Origin: Octopus bimaculoides
Lineage: Eukaryota
DNA length: 35,540 nt
Assembly: GCF_001194135.2 (NCBI RefSeq)
Contig: NC_068987.1
Coordinates: 78,980,310-79,015,849, forward strand
Direction: 5' to 3'
The position numbers and the translations under genes were made by a program. This document shows, piece after piece, positions 32,241 through 35,540 of this stretch. The first letter of the stretch is position 1. Every line of letters starts with the position of its first letter. The notes under the pieces are model-generated. The model was not told where the DNA came from and ran no database searches. It saw nothing but the letters and a program-made list of their open reading frames with translations.

Positions 32241-32898
32241 TTTTCGACAACCCCTATTACCTCTGCATCTTTAACATACCTCTTAAACTCCTGACACCAC
32301 CAAAGTTCTACACCGTTAACATACCACTTGTACCCTCCACATCACCACAATACCATTGCTATATTCCTAACCCCTCATCATCTATACAGTCTGCTTTCTG
32401 AAACTATTACCTACACATCCTTGAAACAACTAATACTAATGACATACTCATATTCCAGCAGTAACATTAATAGCATTGCTCTACCATTGCAATACAACTA
32501 CTACTTATAGACCGTTATACTACTGACTCTAATAACATATAACCTTCACCTCGAACACCACTCTATGTCTCATCTCACATCTATGCACTGCAAAGTAGCA
32601 CTAGTGCAGCTATCACCATTACACAACATACACACTGCCATGCAAACTAAGGACATAACAATCTCGCCACTCTCACACAGCTGACACTTATCCTGTACCA
32701 AACACATATTTCCATAGCAGTGGCATAACACTTATTCTGTACAACAAATATCACCCCTACGTCATTAGCATATATTCTACACCTCTAATAGATCATGATT
32801 AAGATTGTTGTTACGAATGATTCCAGAAGTCGCACTTGCTCCTCCATACGTTTCAAACAATATATTTACAACTTTCCTCGTGACCTTTAACAATGTGA

Positions 32899-33090
32899 GT
32901 CTTTACGTGGCCACTCAACCTGCTAGAAATAGCAAGTAAATATCTTGCAACACATGTTCGCACTGTTTTAAAAGAAGGAAGAATATAATGGGCAATACAG
33001 TAATTACAAAAAAGACAAGATGGTCAAGGAAAAACTGTCCTTGGGCATATGTCTTTTGGATTTAGTCTGACCTAGAGCTAAACAATAAAA
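32899..33090 (+). mobile_element. Family E, reference copy in this window
   Basis: ttacgtggccactcaacctgctagaaatagc...aaagaaggaag...aagacaagatggtca...ctgacctagagctaaacaa; fragments also at 9340-9380(-), 29757-29810, 31448-31505(-), 34145-34260. Confidence 0.65.
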
Positions 33091-33354
33091 AATTCACTGC
33101 TGTTGATATCATTCTATCACGGCCAATGCTTCTGAAGTTTTCTCCTACGCCCCTTACATCCCTCACTACAGCCTGTTTGTTCTTTTAATAAAACCTTCGG
33201 GTGGTGTACAAAAAACTGTCTGCTTTTGGACAACATGTTACTTCGTTCTTGTGGGCAGTCTTTCTCGTCGTATGCAAGACGTCAAGAGGTTGCTAACTTC
33301 AGTTTTGCTCAGCTATTTTCCATTTCTTCAAAGAAAGAGAATCAAAACAGCATT

Positions 33355-33465
33355 TGGCAGAATGCTTCACAGAATATGTTCCTACTTTCAGTGCTCTGAG
33401 TTCAATTTCGACTGAAGCCAACTTCGGTATCCATCCTTTTGTGGTTGATAAGAAAAATACCAATA
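33355..33465 (+). mobile_element. Family B, degenerate
   Basis: ctctgagttcaatttcgactgaagccaacttcggtatccatccttttgtggttgataag. Confidence 0.55.
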
Positions 33466-34013
33466 CAGAACGCTAATTAGAGAGTTGAACAAGATCTTTG
33501 AGAGAGGGGAGTCCAATTCGTTTGTGGCAATTGGTAATGATTACAAATGAATTGGAAAAATAATCTAAATAAAAAGGATTCTCTCAAACTGTTATGGCAT
33601 TAATGAAAAGACCGTCTGACTATCTGAAGACAAAAGAAAATCTGCAGACACAAATTTCTCCGTGAATAGGCGTCATCAGCTCAGCAATTGTGGAATCTTA
33701 GCTGCAGTAGAGAAGACCGTTCCACATCTACAAAAAATGAGCAAAACAAAACTATGACGTTGGTAATTTGCATAAATGAAACGAAAATGAACTTAAGGGA
33801 AGCATCACAGAGTAGCTAGTGGCATGTATTTGAACACAATAGATAAATTAGATAAATTATTCGATTATTAGATAAATTATTCAATTATACAAAATATCTC
33901 TACTTCGAGAGAATGTGTAGAAATCACTTAGTGGCTTTTGGTACCGACTCCAAAAGAGTAGGGTATAAACTAGCAAGAATGAAGTAAATTCTCCAAAACT
34001 GACATGCCATAAT

Positions 34014-34080
34014 GCAGTAGTAGTAGTAGTAGGAGGAGGAGGAGGAGGAGGAAGAGGAGGAGGAGCATCAGCAGCAGTAG
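34014..34080. repeat. Compound (GTA)/(GGA)/(GCA) microsatellite
   Basis: Direct reading. Confidence 0.9.
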
Positions 34081-34409
34081 TATACAGAATTTCATTTCAA
34101 TCGACAATGTGAGATTACATGCCATCTCCTGTGCGTATTCCATTACGTGGTTATTCTGCTTGCTAGAAATAACTGTCAAATCACTTATATAAAGAGTGAA
34201 AATACGGGATACTCTTGGCTAGAATATAATAAAGCCTGATAGCACAGAGATGACCACTTGTTAAATACAAGAACACGTCCACAACAAATAGTTACTATCA
34301 TACATTAAATGTAGCCTTAAAATCCATTTGGAGAGGACTGAGGAAGATAAGGGTCAGAGGTCATTTCTTCGGATTAAACTAATAAATAATGAAATAACAA
34401 GTACAGATA

Positions 34410-34432
34410 TTACTACTACTACTACTACTACA

Positions 34433-34481
<49 letters not shown>

Positions 34482-34518
34482 ATACTACTACTACTACTAC
34501 TAATAATAATAATAATAA

Positions 34519-34549
<31 letters not shown>

Positions 34550-34900
34550 AAGAAGAAGANNNNNNNNNNNNNNNNNNNNNNNNNNNNNNNNNNNNNNNNN
34601 NNNNNNNNNNNNNNNNNNNNNNNNNNNNNNNNNNNNNNNNNNNNNNNNNNNNNNNNNNNNNNNNNNNNNNNNNNNNNNNNNNNNNNNNNNNNNNNNNNNN
34701 NNNNNNNNNNNNNNNNNNNNNNNNNNNNNNNNNNNNNNNNNNNNNNNNNNNNNNNNNNNNNNNNNNGAAGAAGAAGAAGAAGAAGAAGAAGAAAAAGAAG
34801 AAGAAGAAGAAGAAGAAGAAGAAGAAGAAGAAGAAGAAGAAGAAGAAGAAGAAGAAGAAGAAGAAGAATAGTAATAGTAATAATAATAATAATAATCATA
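34410..34900. repeat. Compound (TAC)n-(TAA)n-(GAA)n-gap-(GAA)n-(TAA)n microsatellite
   Basis: Direct reading; abuts the tail of the B copy at 34908. Confidence 0.95.
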
Positions 34901-34907
34901 ATTGTTT

Positions 34908-35119
34908 CACATTTTGACACAAGACCAGAAATTTCGGGGGACGAGGAAGTCAATTGGATCGACCCCACCCAGTGCTCAACTGGTACTTATTTTATCGACC
35001 CTGAAAGAATGAAAGGCAAAGCCGACGTCGGAGGAATTTGAACTCTGAACATACCCACGGGGTAAATGCCGCTAACGATTTCGCCTGGCGTACTAACGAT
35101 TCTGCTAGCTCGCAGCCTT
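34908..35119 (-). mobile_element. SINE family B, near full length
   Basis: ttttgacacaagaccagaaatttcggg...ctggtacttattttatcgaccctgaaagaatgaaaggcaaag...gaatttgaactc...ctaacgattctgctagctcgcagcct. Confidence 0.9.
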
Positions 35120-35430
35120 AGGATAGCGAACAGGTTTCGATTCTCGATAAGAGGCTACGTTTCGTTAAACAATGTGTGTGTATGTGTATATATATATACA
35201 TGTGTGTGTGTGTATGGGTGGCTGCGCGCGTGCATATAATATATATGTACGCTATGAATCTATTACTGCAACCATTAAATCTTAGTCGAATAAAGTGTCT
35301 GTAGTACTTTTATTTTTTAAGGATTGTACTTATTCTATCATTTTGTTAATGGCGAACAGCTAGGTCACGGAGACGAACACAGAAGTAAACACATACAAGA
35401 ATACACATGCACAAACCAAGTTCATTCATT

Positions 35431-35520
35431 AGGTTATGGTAGGCCCAAAGTTATAGGAGACATGCCCAAGGTGACCCACAGTGAAATTGAACCCTGTGCT
35501 TATGATGCGAAATTACATCA
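35431..35520 (-). mobile_element. SINE family A, very degenerate fragment
   Basis: ggtaggccc...gagacatgcccaaggtgacccacagtgaaattgaacc. Confidence 0.45.
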
Positions 35521-35540
35521 AAACAATGTATGTCTATATA

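Overview
AT-rich, repeat-dominated metazoan scaffold segment with 12 N-gaps (about 4.9 kb in total). The SINE families match my recollection of octopus (coleoid cephalopod) repeats, so the taxon is an inference, not a lookup. No intact protein-coding gene, rRNA, tRNA gene or CRISPR array can be supported; almost all long ORFs in the track are microsatellite or N-run artefacts. The window holds (i) dense microsatellites and a 25-bp minisatellite; (ii) tRNA-headed SINE families that I label A, B and C/C', plus a further interspersed family E; (iii) decayed autonomous elements: an RTE-clade LINE 3' end, two R4/Dong-like restriction-like-endonuclease (RLE) LINE 3' ends, an internally deleted Tc1/mariner with both termini and a TA duplication, a palindromic MITE and a possible L1/Tx1-like ORF1 zinc-knuckle relic. 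The most notable signals are three type I hammerhead-ribozyme-like motifs (27633-27678 complete, 956-1003 with two substitutions, 28122-28175 a relic), a (TTAGGG)6 array expanded inside a SINE tRNA head, and a chimeric SINE junction with an 18-bp direct repeat that was later duplicated. A few possible host exons are listed at low confidence only.
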